DNA of 64,000 nucleotides, from positions 70,184 to 134,183 of the forward strand of contig JAVZJD010000001.1 of the NCBI GenBank assembly GCA_038870975.1. Direction: 5' to 3'. Positions 38,025 to 47,957 of the stretch are shown piece after piece. The notes under the pieces were generated by a model that made no database searches, was not told the DNA's origin, and saw nothing but the letters and a program-made list of their open reading frames with translations. Both the position numbers and the translations under genes were made by a program. The DNA comes from Candidatus Bathyarchaeia archaeon. Lineage in GTDB: Archaea > Thermoproteota > CALKCG01 > B24. The first letter of the stretch is position 1. Every line of letters starts with the position of its first letter.

Positions 38025-39518
38025 TTAATTGCGAATGGATGAAGTAACGGTTTCACCTTGAATTTTTACGACGTTAACAGAGTGGGGTTTGAGCTCAAGC
38101 ACGACTTTACCATTTTCAACTTTAACATGTCCATCTTCAATTAGAACCTTATGGGGATTCTCAAGAGTATTTTTATCCTCGATACTCTCTCCAGCAATTG
38201 TTTCAACAGATCCTGCAACTGGTTTGAAGTTTTTGAAAGACGTTTGGACATACGTATATTCTTCATCATGTCTATTGACCATGTATAAGTACAAGGTTTT
38301 CCCATCTTCTGCAATCATGGCTGATGTATCTACAAATGGGATGTAACGATTAAGCTCGCTCGACTTATAAAGCTGTGTATCAACAACCGTCGGGAGGACA
38401 TAATCTCCAACGTTTTCACCATACAGTTTGAATACGTAGTACTGAGGGGTCAAAACCATTCTCCCGTCTTCTGAGGCAACTATTAATGGTAAAACGTTGA
38501 CTGTTTGTGCAAATGCCGCTATGGGTACTTCGTTACATAACCTATGTAGAGAATTTAATATCCCTGCTGTAAATACGGCGTCCTTCACACTCGTGGTCTG
38601 TCTAAGCAGCGGAGGTTTTGCCTCCGAATACCAGACGTCCCACTCATCAAAAGCCAGTTTTATTTCACGCTTAATGTTGTACTTTCTCTTTACGTCTTGA
38701 ACAAGTTCGTAGACGTTTCTCAACCTCCTCTCTATGTCCAAACTATAGGCTATAAGTTCCCTATAGGGCTTGTCTCCACTGATGTAAATGTGGATAGATA
38801 AATAGTCAAAGTATTCCCCGGCGTTCTTTACCATAGCTATGTTCCACTCTGGGTCTTCACACCCAACTGCTATAAGCTTGATTTCTGGATCTACAGCCTT
38901 CATTTCATTTGCAAATTCCATAGTTCGCCTAGCACATTCAACACCATCCGCACAGAATCCAATTTGCCACCTTCCGTAGAGTTCGTTTCCAATACCCCAT
39001 ATTTTGACATGATAAGGCTCAGCACGGCCATATTGACGTCTAAGCTGTGCATAGTAAGTCTTCCTGTTAGAGTTACAGTATTCTACCCATTCTGCTGCCT
39101 CTTCAGGTGTTCCATTACCAGCGTTGACGACTATCCAAGGCTCTGCCCCTACGAGTCTACACCATTCTATGAATTCATCTGTTCCAAAAGCATTAGGCTC
39201 ATCTTGCCCCCAAGCCAAGTCATAACGCCTAGGTCGTTGTTCTTTAGGCCCAACGCCGTCTTGCCAATGATATCCGCTAGCGAAGTTCCCACCAGGCCAT
39301 CTAACTATGGGACATTTCAACTGTTGAACTGCTTCTAATACATCTAAACGGTAGCCTCTTACGTTTTGAATACAGGAATCTTCGCCAACCCATATACCTC
39401 CGTATATGCATTCACCTAAATGCTCTATAAATTGCCCATAACACCTCCTGTCGAATTTCCCAATTGGTGAAGATGCATTGACAAATACTTCGCAATCCAA
39501 CACAACCACCTCATTCAC
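38025..39518 (-). CDS. alpha-L-arabinofuranosidase (GH51)
   Basis: …RWPGGNFASGYHWQDGVGP… GH51 N-terminal signature. …GNELYG… catalytic-acid region. About 497 aa. Confidence 0.75.
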   Translation of the reverse strand: MNEVVVLDCEVFVNASSPIGKFDRRCYGQFIEHLGECIYGGIWVGEDSCIQNVRGYRLDVLEAVQQLKCPIVRWPGGNFASGYHWQDGVGPKEQRPRRYDLAWGQDEPNAFGTDEFIEWCRLVGAEPWIVVNAGNGTPEEAAEWVEYCNSNRKTYYAQLRRQYGRAEPYHVKIWGIGNELYGRWQIGFCADGVECARRTMEFANEMKAVDPEIKLIAVGCEDPEWNIAMVKNAGEYFDYLSIHIYISGDKPYRELIAYSLDIERRLRNVYELVQDVKRKYNIKREIKLAFDEWDVWYSEAKPPLLRQTTSVKDAVFTAGILNSLHRLCNEVPIAAFAQTVNVLPLIVASEDGRMVLTPQYYVFKLYGENVGDYVLPTVVDTQLYKSSELNRYIPFVDTSAMIAEDGKTLYLYMVNRHDEEYTYVQTSFKNFKPVAGSVETIAGESIEDKNTLENPHKVLIEDGHVKVENGKVVLELKPHSVNVVKIQGETVTSSIRN

Positions 39519-39721
39519 TTTCTCTCATCATACTGGTATTTCTATTTTCCCTCGATTTGATGATATAAACTCTTGAAACTGCTAAGAGAATTTAGATGAT
39601 ATATTTGATGATGAGAATTTAAAAGGGTAAATTTAGCCAAGTTCTACTATGACAAAGTTTAAGTTGAGCACCTCCTTAAATTAAGGAGTACTAAAGTTTA
39701 GATAGATTACCTTGTCAACAG

Positions 39722-40156
39722 GTGTATGCTATGGGCATTATTACGTGGTCTCGAGTGAGAAGCCCTTGGCTTTTACACTTCAACACTGGGGGATGTAATG
39801 GCTGCGATATAGAAGTCCTTGCGACTTTAACTCCAAGGTATGACTTAGAGAGGTTTGGATGTTTACTTAAAGGTAGTCCTAGACATGCGGATGTCATGGT
39901 TGTTACTGGCCCCGTGACTAGGCAGGTGAAGGATAGACTTATGAGAGTTTACGAGCAAATGCCAGAGCCTAAGTTTGTTGTTGCCGTAGGCTCATGCGCA
40001 TGTAGTGGCGGTGTTTTCCGAGGATGTTACAATGTCTATCCAGGTTTAGATGCTGTTCTTCCAGTGGATGCGTACATACCTGGATGCCCCCCTAAACCCG
40101 AGGCAATAATAAACGGGGTTGCAACATTACTAGCCAAGCTTGGTGGTAGATTATGA
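39722..40156 (+). CDS. group-4 [NiFe]-hydrogenase small subunit (NuoB/MbhJ/EchC-like)
   Basis: Proximal-cluster cysteines GGCNGC…GSCACSGG…PGCPP. Confidence 0.8.
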   Translation: MYAMGIITWSRVRSPWLLHFNTGGCNGCDIEVLATLTPRYDLERFGCLLKGSPRHADVMVVTGPVTRQVKDRLMRVYEQMPEPKFVVAVGSCACSGGVFRGCYNVYPGLDAVLPVDAYIPGCPPKPEAIINGVATLLAKLGGRL

Positions 40157-40623
40157 AAGAAGAAGAGGTCGTATCAAAACTTAAGGAGACATTTGGGGAT
40201 AAAGTTTCAGAGTTTAAAGTAGCCCCGCGTAGGGTATACTTCTACACTCCTCCAGAGCATTATAGAGAAGTTGTTAGGTTTTTAGTTGAAAAATTGGGCT
40301 TTGTACATATTCAAACTATAACTTCTACTGATTTAGGTAAGGAGATAGAAATCATGCCTCATCTAGGTAGAGGTCTGACGGTAAGTATCAGGACACGGAT
40401 AGCTAAGGATAAGCCAGCAGTAGATAGCATTGTCGATATAATTCCCGGAGCGTCTTTTCATGAAAGGGAAGTCCACGATATGTTGGGAGTGGAGTTCAAA
40501 GGTAATCCAAATTTAAACAGAATTCTCCTACCTGAAGATTGGCCCAAAGGTGTCTATCCACTTAGGAGAGAAGCCCAGCCTACTCCTCCAAAATCTATTA
40601 GAGGTGATGGAGATGAGTGTTAG
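40153..40623 (+). CDS. NuoC/EchD-like 30 kDa subunit
   Basis: Conserved …PGASFHEREVHDMLGVEFKGNPNL… block. Overlaps its neighbours. Confidence 0.75.
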   Translation: MKEEEVVSKLKETFGDKVSEFKVAPRRVYFYTPPEHYREVVRFLVEKLGFVHIQTITSTDLGKEIEIMPHLGRGLTVSIRTRIAKDKPAVDSIVDIIPGASFHEREVHDMLGVEFKGNPNLNRILLPEDWPKGVYPLRREAQPTPPKSIRGDGDEC

Positions 40624-41803
40624 TTCCTCTTACGAGAGGTTTTTCGATGTACCCATAGGACCACAACATCCCGCCCTTAAAGAACCCTTATTCTTGAAGC
40701 TCATAGTAGAGGGGGAGCATGTAGTCGCAGCAGATGTAGACGTATCGTATACCCACAGGGGCATTGAAAGAGCCATGCAGGAGAGGAACTACATACAGAA
40801 CATATACTTGGCTGAGAGAATATGCGGCATATGTAATGTAGCCCATACCCTATGCTACTGTCAGAATGTGGAGGGACTTTACGACGTCGAAATACCGAGT
40901 AGAGCATTGTATATAAGAGTTTTAGTTGAAGAACTTGCTAGGATTCATAGTCATCTACTATGGCTTGGCGTCGCGGCGCATGAGATAGGATTTGATACCT
41001 TATTCATGTACGTGTGGAGAGACCGAGAGGTCGTTATGGACTTAATAGAGGAGATAACGGGTAACAGAGTTACCTCTGCTATAAACACTATTGGAGGTGT
41101 TCGAAGAGATGTCAAACCTGAGACTTGCGACAAATGTTTAAAAGCCATGGATTACGTAGAAGAGAGGACTAAGTATTATAAGAAAGTCTGCGAAACAGAC
41201 CCGACAATAGCAGCGAGGTGTGCCGGAGTCGGAATACTTAAACCTGAAGATGCGGTGAGGCTATGTGCAGTAGGACCGACTTTAAGGGCTTCAAACGTGA
41301 AACACGACGTTAGAGCGGATGATCCATATGCGGCTCACGACGAAGTCCCGTTCAACGTAGTTGTATATGATACTAATGACGCCTTTAGTAGAATCCTAGT
41401 CAGAATAGATGAGGTGTTTGAGTCTATAAATATGGTTAGATACTGTATTAAGCACATGCCTAGTGGACCTGTTAGAACTAGGCTTAGGCTGAACCCGCCA
41501 GTCGGTGAACACATTAGTAGAGTTGAGGCACCAAGAGGGGAACTTATACACTACGTAAAGTCTAATGGAAGTGAAAAACCTGAGAGGTATAAGGTTAGAA
41601 CACCTACATTTGAAAACCTACCTGCTCTGTGTGAAATGCTTACGTCTAAAGGAGACTATATAGTTAACATAGCCGATGTGCCAGTGATATTCGCCTCAAT
41701 AGATCCTTGTTTAAGCTGTACGTCAAGGGTTGCCGTATTGAATGGTGAGAAAGAGAAGATATGGGTTGGAAGTTTAGAAGGACTGAAGAAATTGGGTTGG
41801 TGA
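40606..41803 (+). CDS. group-4 [NiFe]-hydrogenase large (catalytic) subunit (NuoD/EchE/MbhL-like)
   Basis: L1 motif RICGICNVAH (RxCGxCxxxH). L2 motif DPCLSCTSR (DPCxxCxxR). Start chosen at MEMSVSS, overlapping the NuoC-like gene. Confidence 0.8.
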
Positions 41804-41809
41804 AGTTAG

Positions 41810-42148
41810 ATGGCCATGCTCCCAGAGGTGCTTAAGCATCTGTTCAAAAAACGGGCTACATTGATGTACCCATTTAAGGACAGGGAGAAGATACCTATAC
41901 CTGAAGGTCTTAGAGGAAAGATAAGCTTCAATAGAGAGCTTTGCATAGGCTGCGGATTGTGCGTAAAGTTCTGTCCGAGTGGTGCCGCAGAGCTTGCAGA
42001 AGACGATAAAGGTAAACGTCCAATATTTCACTTAGACCAATGTCTCTTCTGCGCTCAATGTGAAGAAGTCTGTCCTAGGAAAGCTATAACGTTGACGAGG
42101 GAGTTTGAAATAGCTGGCTTTAACAGGAGCAGTTTAATCGTAAAGTAG
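41810..42148 (+). CDS. 2x[4Fe-4S] ferredoxin subunit (NuoI/EchF/MbhN-like)
   Basis: CIGCGLCVKFCP and CLFCAQCEEVCP motifs. Paralog of 112..450. Confidence 0.8.
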   Translation: MAMLPEVLKHLFKKRATLMYPFKDREKIPIPEGLRGKISFNRELCIGCGLCVKFCPSGAAELAEDDKGKRPIFHLDQCLFCAQCEEVCPRKAITLTREFEIAGFNRSSLIVK

Positions 42149-42191
42149 AAGTATAACATTTAAAGTATTCAGTCACAGCGGGTCTATAGGA

Positions 42192-42683
42192 ATGGAGGAG
42201 GCTCTCAGCAAGCTTCTCAAAAATAAGCATAGAATAGTAGTCCTAGGTATTGGAAACACATTGAGGCGCGATGACGGATTCGGCGTACACGTTGCTTCCT
42301 CTCTTAAACAGATCAACTTTGAAAACGTGTTAATATTGGATGCTGGAGCTACACCGGAAGCCGTTTTAGACGATATTTTGGAGTATAAGCCTTCGCATCT
42401 AATAATAGTAGATACCATTGATGCAAACCGTAAACCCGGAGATTTAATAATAGCTAGGTTTGAAGATTTACTAGATGAAGTGGCAGTGTCGACCCATCGT
42501 CTACCTTTGACATTACTCGTAAAATATCTGAGACTTATGGGGTTTGATGGAGAAGTCATACTTGTAGGTGTTCAACCTCGCGATTTATCATTTGGAGAAA
42601 CTTTGACACCAGAGGTTGAAGAGGCTATCCACGTTGTCACGGATTTACTGAGAATCGTATTATCAACTAAGCCATATGAGTAG
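42192..42683 (+). CDS. hycI: hydrogenase maturation endopeptidase (HycI/HyaD family)
   Basis: …IVVLGIGNTLRRDDGFGVHV… N-terminal signature. …HLIIVDTID… block. Confidence 0.75.
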   Translation: MEEALSKLLKNKHRIVVLGIGNTLRRDDGFGVHVASSLKQINFENVLILDAGATPEAVLDDILEYKPSHLIIVDTIDANRKPGDLIIARFEDLLDEVAVSTHRLPLTLLVKYLRLMGFDGEVILVGVQPRDLSFGETLTPEVEEAIHVVTDLLRIVLSTKPYE

Positions 42684-42807
42684 GAACCCCGGTTAAAACA
42701 TTCATAATTTTATTGATCCAATTATTAATTGTATTTTGGTCGACGTGAAACCTATTAATCACTGTTTAGATATTATAATGAGGGGATTAATTTTGGAAGG
42801 ATATAGA

Positions 42808-43455
42808 ATGCCTGTTATAGGTGAAAAGTTTCCTCAGATAGAAGCAAGAACAACCAAAGGTATAATTAAATTACCAGACGACTATAGCGGAAGATGGTTT
42901 ATACTTTTCAGCCACCCAGCAGATTTCACCCCAGTTTGTACAACGGAATTTGTAGCTTTCCAGAAGAGATATGAGGAATTTCAAAAGTTGCAATGCGATC
43001 TAATTGGGTTAAGTATAGACCAAGTGTTTGCCCACCTTAAGTGGGAGGAGTGGATTAAAGAAAAGCTTGGCATCGAAATTCTATTCCCGATAATTGCAGA
43101 TAACACTGGAGATATATCTGCGAGATTAGGTATGCGTCATAAACAAGCTGCAGGAACGCAAACTGTAAGAGCGGTCTTTATAGTTGATCCGAAAGGTGTG
43201 ATTAGAGCAATACTCTATTATCCCATGGAGCTTGGCAGAAACATGGATGAAATACTTAGAATGCTTAAAGCACTGCAAATAGCCGATAGGGGATACGCTA
43301 TTCCAGCTAACTGGCCTAATAATGAAATAATAGGTGATAACGTAATTGTTCCACCAGCTAATACCGTAGACATGATCAAGAAGAGGAGGGAACAAGTAGC
43401 ATCTGGTGAAGTGAAGTGTCTAGATTGGTGGTTTTGCTATAAGAAATTAGAGTGA
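42808..43455 (+). CDS. peroxiredoxin (Prx6/1-Cys-type archaeal thioredoxin peroxidase)
   Basis: …[15 protein letters not shown]… peroxidatic-Cys motif. Start chosen at MPVIGEKFP. Confidence 0.8.
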   Translation: MPVIGEKFPQIEARTTKGIIKLPDDYSGRWFILFSHPADFTPVCTTEFVAFQKRYEEFQKLQCDLIGLSIDQVFAHLKWEEWIKEKLGIEILFPIIADNTGDISARLGMRHKQAAGTQTVRAVFIVDPKGVIRAILYYPMELGRNMDEILRMLKALQIADRGYAIPANWPNNEIIGDNVIVPPANTVDMIKKRREQVASGEVKCLDWWFCYKKLE

Positions 43456-43818
43456 TAGTTAAAAATTGTGGGCAGCATCTCTTTCCACAATTTTTAGGTA
43501 TTCTGGTCTTAGGCTACAACAATTAAGAGCGATCCCTTTATACACTTATTTTAAACAAGCGAAGATGATGAGGATTTATGGGAATAATTAAGGTTCAGTC
43601 TACTTCTTCTCTTCTACTCGAAACATATATTTTCCTGAGCCAACATTGAAAACTATGTAGTCTCCCTCCCTTCTAGCGGAAATTATGCCCTACACTCTTT
43701 GGACGAATTCTCCATCCCTCCAAACTACTGTTTCGAACTAAAGTGAAACGCCTAAAAAATCAAGTTAGAATATCTTTAAATCGCTCATCTCCTGTAATTT
43801 CTTTCATCAAACACTTAA

Positions 43819-44612
43819 TCATCTTATTTGAAATGCCCGTGAAGGGTTACCCACTAGAATTTTCTCTATAAAATCGCGGTTAAACTCGTTTTCCATCATT
43901 AAAGAAATAAGATCCTTGATTAAATAAGAGTATCTTCTGATACTGCCGCCTTTAGGCTCGCCAACATTGTACCACCCAGCGTCTTGAGACAAAAGAAGCT
44001 GCCCCTCAAAGCCATGCTCAAACACGAAACCCACCAGCTTAAGAGTCCTCTCAGCCGTTGCTTCGCTAATACCGTCATATGAAACCCATGCACCCTGCTG
44101 CAAAATTTCTAAATGGCAATCACAATCTTCTGTTGTGTAAGAGTAATGTAGCCTGGATTTACAGCAATCTTTATGAAGCCAGCTTTAATGGGAAAACTCA
44201 CCTCTAAATTCAATTTATCTTTAACCAATTCATCTATGATGCCGTCCTCTATTTCATGCGCCCAGCACCCCGCCAGCTGATCCACCGAGTACTCAAAAGC
44301 GTACTTTGGGAGAAAAGGCTCTTTATATAAGCCCGTGTTTGTGAGAATATGGATACCTGAAGCCTTTGATAGGTCTGCAAGTAACTGCGGATCCCTCCCC
44401 ATGAACGCCGGAGTACAATCAACAAAACCATTAACATCCAACTACCGAATCTCCTTTAAGTAGGGAAGCATAATGTCAAAGACTTCTTTAGGATTATAGC
44501 GATCCCGGCTAATTTTATCAGCCCCAATAAAATCACAGAGTATATGCTCATGAATTAAAGCCAAACCAAATTTCTCGGGGAAATATCACCAAGAACCGTT
44601 CTTATTTTTCCC
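43819..44612 (-). pseudogene. phosphotriesterase-like lactonase (PLL/PHP, amidohydrolase family) pseudogene with frameshift(s) and an internal deletion
   Basis: Three frames carry consecutive pieces. The first piece is …YFPEKFGLALIHEHILCDF… (HxH metal motif), preceded by an out-of-frame MGKIRTVLGDIS start. The second is …GFIKIAVNPG…HILTNTGLY…. The third is …SYDGISEATAE…QLLLSQDAGW…. The segment that should carry the HSNAH ligands is missing between the 44109 and 44103 ORF ends. Confidence 0.65.
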
Positions 44613-44844
44613 ATTTTCCATAAAAAGAAAAAACTTAACCCTAAATTCAAAATTCGCACACTTTAATTTAAATCTCTTGCCACCTTCAAGTCCAAGATGC
44701 TGAGAGCAACCTCGCCGTTGCGGCCGAAGCCAGCTATAATACGCCTATAACCCTCAAGCCGCCTCTCAAAGCCATGTATGTCGAAGCCCACGCTAAACTC
44801 ACTTTCTCTAGACTTAAAAGGAGGAGTATGGAAAGGGACTTGAA

Positions 44845-44919
44845 CTCGGAGAAGTGGAGCCGGGGAGGGGATTTGAACCCCTGTTTGACGGGTCTGCAGC
44901 CCGTTGCCTCGCCGCTCGG
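44845..44919 (-). tRNA. tRNA-Cys (GCA), CCA encoded, U73 discriminator
   Basis: Reverse-complement folds as GCCGGGG|TG|GCC-GAGCGGCGA-GGC|A|ACGGG-CTGCAGA-CCCGT|CAAAC|AGGGG-TTCAAAT-CCCCT|CCCCGGC|T|CCA. Confidence 0.8.
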
Positions 44920-45044
44920 CCACCCCGGCGTCAAAGATTTTTCCCGTGATGTGTTGTATAAATTTTTCTGAAGATTATTCAAGGCGCTAGGCTAATACTT
45001 GAAATATTTATTGCTCTGAAGTATTAAATTGTTGTTGAATATCC

Positions 45045-45677
45045 ATGTTATATGAAGTTATTACTCATAGGAGAAGCGTAAGAACTTACGATAGAAGAGA
45101 TGTTCCTAAAGCTGTTTTAAGTAGGATTTTTGAAGCCGCTCGATGGGCTCCTTCAGCTCATAATGCTCAACCCTGGCGTTTTATCGTTATATACGATTAT
45201 CTCGTCAAGAAGAGGCTTGCTAAGGCTATGGCTGATGCGTGGCTTGAAGATTTGAAGAGGGATGGTGTTCCAGAAGTAAAGGCGTTGAAGATTGTCGAAG
45301 AAGAGTCTATGAGAAGATTTACTGAAAGCCCCGTATTGATAATCGTATGTTTGACCATGAAGGATATGGATGAATATCCTGATGAACGTAGAATGAAAGC
45401 TGAATACATTATGGCCGTTCAAAGCGTAGCAGCTGCGGTAGAGAATTTGCTCTTAGCAGCTCACGCAGAAGGACTTGGAGCATGTTGGGTATGTGCACCA
45501 CTATTCTGCCAAGATATTGTAAAGAGGGCTTTAAAACTTCCAGATGAATTTGAACCGCAGGCCGTATTGACACTCGGATATCCGGTTGAAGAGTATAGAC
45601 CTCCTCCAAGGAAGCCTTTGAGTGAAATCGTATGGGTCTTAACATCAGAGGGGGAGTTGACTCCATGGGGGATTTAA
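45045..45677 (+). CDS. nitroreductase-family flavoprotein (FbiB-C-terminal-domain-like), immediately upstream of and overlapping cofD
   Basis: …RRSVRTYDRRDVPKAVLSRIFEAARWAPSAHNAQPWRFIVI… nitroreductase signature. 210 aa. Confidence 0.75.
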   Translation: MLYEVITHRRSVRTYDRRDVPKAVLSRIFEAARWAPSAHNAQPWRFIVIYDYLVKKRLAKAMADAWLEDLKRDGVPEVKALKIVEEESMRRFTESPVLIIVCLTMKDMDEYPDERRMKAEYIMAVQSVAAAVENLLLAAHAEGLGACWVCAPLFCQDIVKRALKLPDEFEPQAVLTLGYPVEEYRPPPRKPLSEIVWVLTSEGELTPWGI

Positions 45678-46621
45678 CTAAGCTTAAAGTTACAGCTCTA
45701 GCAGGTGGTGTAGGTGCGGCAAGGTTTCTCAGAGGTCTCATTGAGGTGGTTCCCCAGCAAAATGTGAGCATTATTGGAAATGTCGGAGACGATTTAACAC
45801 TCTACGGATTACACATAAGCCCAGACTTGGACATAGTCATGTATACACTCGCAGATTTAGTATGTAAGGAGAAAGGGTGGGGTATAGAAGGAGATACCTT
45901 CAACTGTTTAAACATGCTTTCAAAATACGGGTTTGACTCTTGGTTTAAACTTGGAGATGCGGATTTAGCAACGCATATCTATAGAACCTATATGATTAAA
46001 AGTGGTTTAACATTATCACAAGTAACACTTGAATTGTGTAGACGGCTCGGATTGAAAGTAAGATTGATCCCCGTTACAGATGACCATTTACGGACAGTGG
46101 TAATTTCCGATGAAGGGCGGCTATCTTTTCAAGAGTACTTCGTAAAGAGGAGGTGTGAACCCAAGGTTTTAAGTGTTGTCTTTGAAGGTGTTGAAAACGC
46201 TGAGCCAGCTCCAGGCGTCTTTGAAGCTTTAGAAGATGCTGATGTTATAGTAGTATGCCCGAGTAATCCAATACTGAGCATAGGACCAATACTTGCCGTT
46301 AAAGGCGTTAGAGATTTTCTTAGAAAATCTCTAAAACCCATAGTAGCAGTAAGTCCCATAGTAGCTGGTAAAGCTTTGAAGGGGCCAGCGGATAAAATTT
46401 TATTGGAGTTGGGTTTAAAGCCTTCCGCTTTGACCGTAGCAGAACTTTACAGAGACTTTTTGAAGGTTTTCATAGTTGACGTTAGAGATGAAAGCCTCAA
46501 ATTTGAAGTTGAACACCTCGGCATTAAAGTCTTTTTAACGGACACTGTTATGAGTGACCTGAGTAAACAGGTTGCACTCGCTAGAGAAACTCTTAAAGCA
46601 GCCTTAGAAATTCATATGTGA
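45665..46621 (+). CDS. cofD: 2-phospho-L-lactate transferase (CofD/FbiA family)
   Basis: N-terminal KVTALAGGVGAARFLRGL (GG-G-KL-like). About 320 aa. Followed by cofC. Confidence 0.7.
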   Translation: MGDLTKLKVTALAGGVGAARFLRGLIEVVPQQNVSIIGNVGDDLTLYGLHISPDLDIVMYTLADLVCKEKGWGIEGDTFNCLNMLSKYGFDSWFKLGDADLATHIYRTYMIKSGLTLSQVTLELCRRLGLKVRLIPVTDDHLRTVVISDEGRLSFQEYFVKRRCEPKVLSVVFEGVENAEPAPGVFEALEDADVIVVCPSNPILSIGPILAVKGVRDFLRKSLKPIVAVSPIVAGKALKGPADKILLELGLKPSALTVAELYRDFLKVFIVDVRDESLKFEVEHLGIKVFLTDTVMSDLSKQVALARETLKAALEIHM

Positions 46622-46625
46622 ATCG

Positions 46626-47297
46626 TTGAAGCCGATAATTTACGCAATAATACCAGTGAAAGATCCCTGTGAGAGTAAGAGTAGATTATCTAATGTTTTT
46701 AATACTGAGGTTAGGAGAAGGTTAACTCTACTTATGCTTGAAGATGTAATTTCAACTTTGAAACGTTCTAAACTGTTAACTAGAGTGGTAGTTGTAAGCC
46801 CTAGTTTAGAGGTTTTGAATTTAGGTAAGAATCTTAACTGCGAAGTTGTCAGAGAAGGGCCGAGAAGTATAGGACTTAACAAAGCTGTGGAATTAGGAGT
46901 CGAATACTCTGGAAAACTTGGAGCTGAAGTTGTACTCATACTTCCAGCAGACATACCTATGATAGGACTTGAAGATGTTGACAATTTACTTTCGTCTGGA
47001 TTAAGGTTGGAGAAGCCCTACGTAGTCATATCGCCGTCTAAAGATGGGGGGACAAATGCTCTAATGCTAAGTCTTCCTACACGAATAACATTTAAATTCG
47101 GACCTAATAGCTACATGTCGCATTTACAAGAGGCTAAGAGAACTGGGTCTAATTTTGCCGTCTTCCATTCTAAGAACATAGAAATGGATGTAGATGATGA
47201 AATAGACCTATGTTTCTTCCTGAAGTCTCTTGAGAGTGGAAAATGTAGAAAGTCTTGGCTTTATTTGCGGGAAGTGTACAAAGACCTGTGCAATTGA
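46626..47297 (+). CDS. cofC: 2-phospho-L-lactate / PEP guanylyltransferase (CofC/FbiD family)
   Basis: …YAIIPVKDPCESKSRL… MobA-like NTase start. 223 aa. 4 nt after cofD. TTG start. Confidence 0.65.
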   Translation: MKPIIYAIIPVKDPCESKSRLSNVFNTEVRRRLTLLMLEDVISTLKRSKLLTRVVVVSPSLEVLNLGKNLNCEVVREGPRSIGLNKAVELGVEYSGKLGAEVVLILPADIPMIGLEDVDNLLSSGLRLEKPYVVISPSKDGGTNALMLSLPTRITFKFGPNSYMSHLQEAKRTGSNFAVFHSKNIEMDVDDEIDLCFFLKSLESGKCRKSWLYLREVYKDLCN

Positions 47298-47333
47298 CTC
47301 TTCCCATAATTCTTTAATTCAGTACTACTAACG

Positions 47334-47957
47334 TTATTGTGACTTAGACTTTTTAACTATTGTAAATCTCCGAATGAAACCAGGTAAAAGCCTTCTGTAG
47401 ATTAATTGGGCTGGAAGGAAGGCGATTAAGACCTGAGAAGCATTATATGCCCCCGTAAGCGCCAGTATATATATTATATTTGAAGTGAACCATTCTATCG
47501 TAGATTGAGGAAATGGAAGACTAGGTATTATTAGGATGATGAAGGCTAGGTTTGGAAAAGTCATTAAAACAACCCTCAAAATTACAGCGGAACACAGGGC
47601 AAGCTTCCAGCGTCTCCTTCCAATTAAGGCTAGTCCAGCTAACGTTGACGCTATAGCCAATCCCTTCATAATAGGTCCGTAGAAAGGTATGCCCGTACAA
47701 CTCATTATAAGCACGCTGAAACTATCTATATTTATCGACAACCCTAATACTACGAGGATTGTTGCTAGTAATGCGGGTTTAAGTCCAACTGCTAAGTATA
47801 AAAGGTATATAACTATCTCAGCCGGGTCATAAAGAAGGTAGTTTAACGGTGGAAATGGTAAAAAGTGGCTTACACCTGTAAGCTCGATCAAATATGCTAA
47901 AGCCCCAAATACTGCTGAAAGAGCTACAATACCACTAGCACTTTTTAAACGACTCAC
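47334..47957 (-). CDS. polytopic membrane protein, possibly ECF-type S-component-like
   Basis: 207 aa, about 6 TM helices. Confidence 0.3.
   Translation of the reverse strand: MSRLKSASGIVALSAVFGALAYLIELTGVSHFLPFPPLNYLLYDPAEIVIYLLYLAVGLKPALLATILVVLGLSINIDSFSVLIMSCTGIPFYGPIMKGLAIASTLAGLALIGRRRWKLALCSAVILRVVLMTFPNLAFIILIIPSLPFPQSTIEWFTSNIIYILALTGAYNASQVLIAFLPAQLIYRRLLPGFIRRFTIVKKSKSQ

Noticed and set aside
43456-43818. About 360-bp AT-rich intergenic region between the peroxiredoxin gene and the lactonase pseudogene
   Set aside because: No convincing ORF, repeat or RNA structure was seen. It may simply be decayed remnant sequence of the pseudogenised locus.
44663-44982. Two overlapping ORFs (86 and 82 aa) on the minus strand and one on the plus strand (65 aa)
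   Set aside because: They cover the tRNA-Cys gene and its flanks. They are GC-rich tRNA sequence read as protein.
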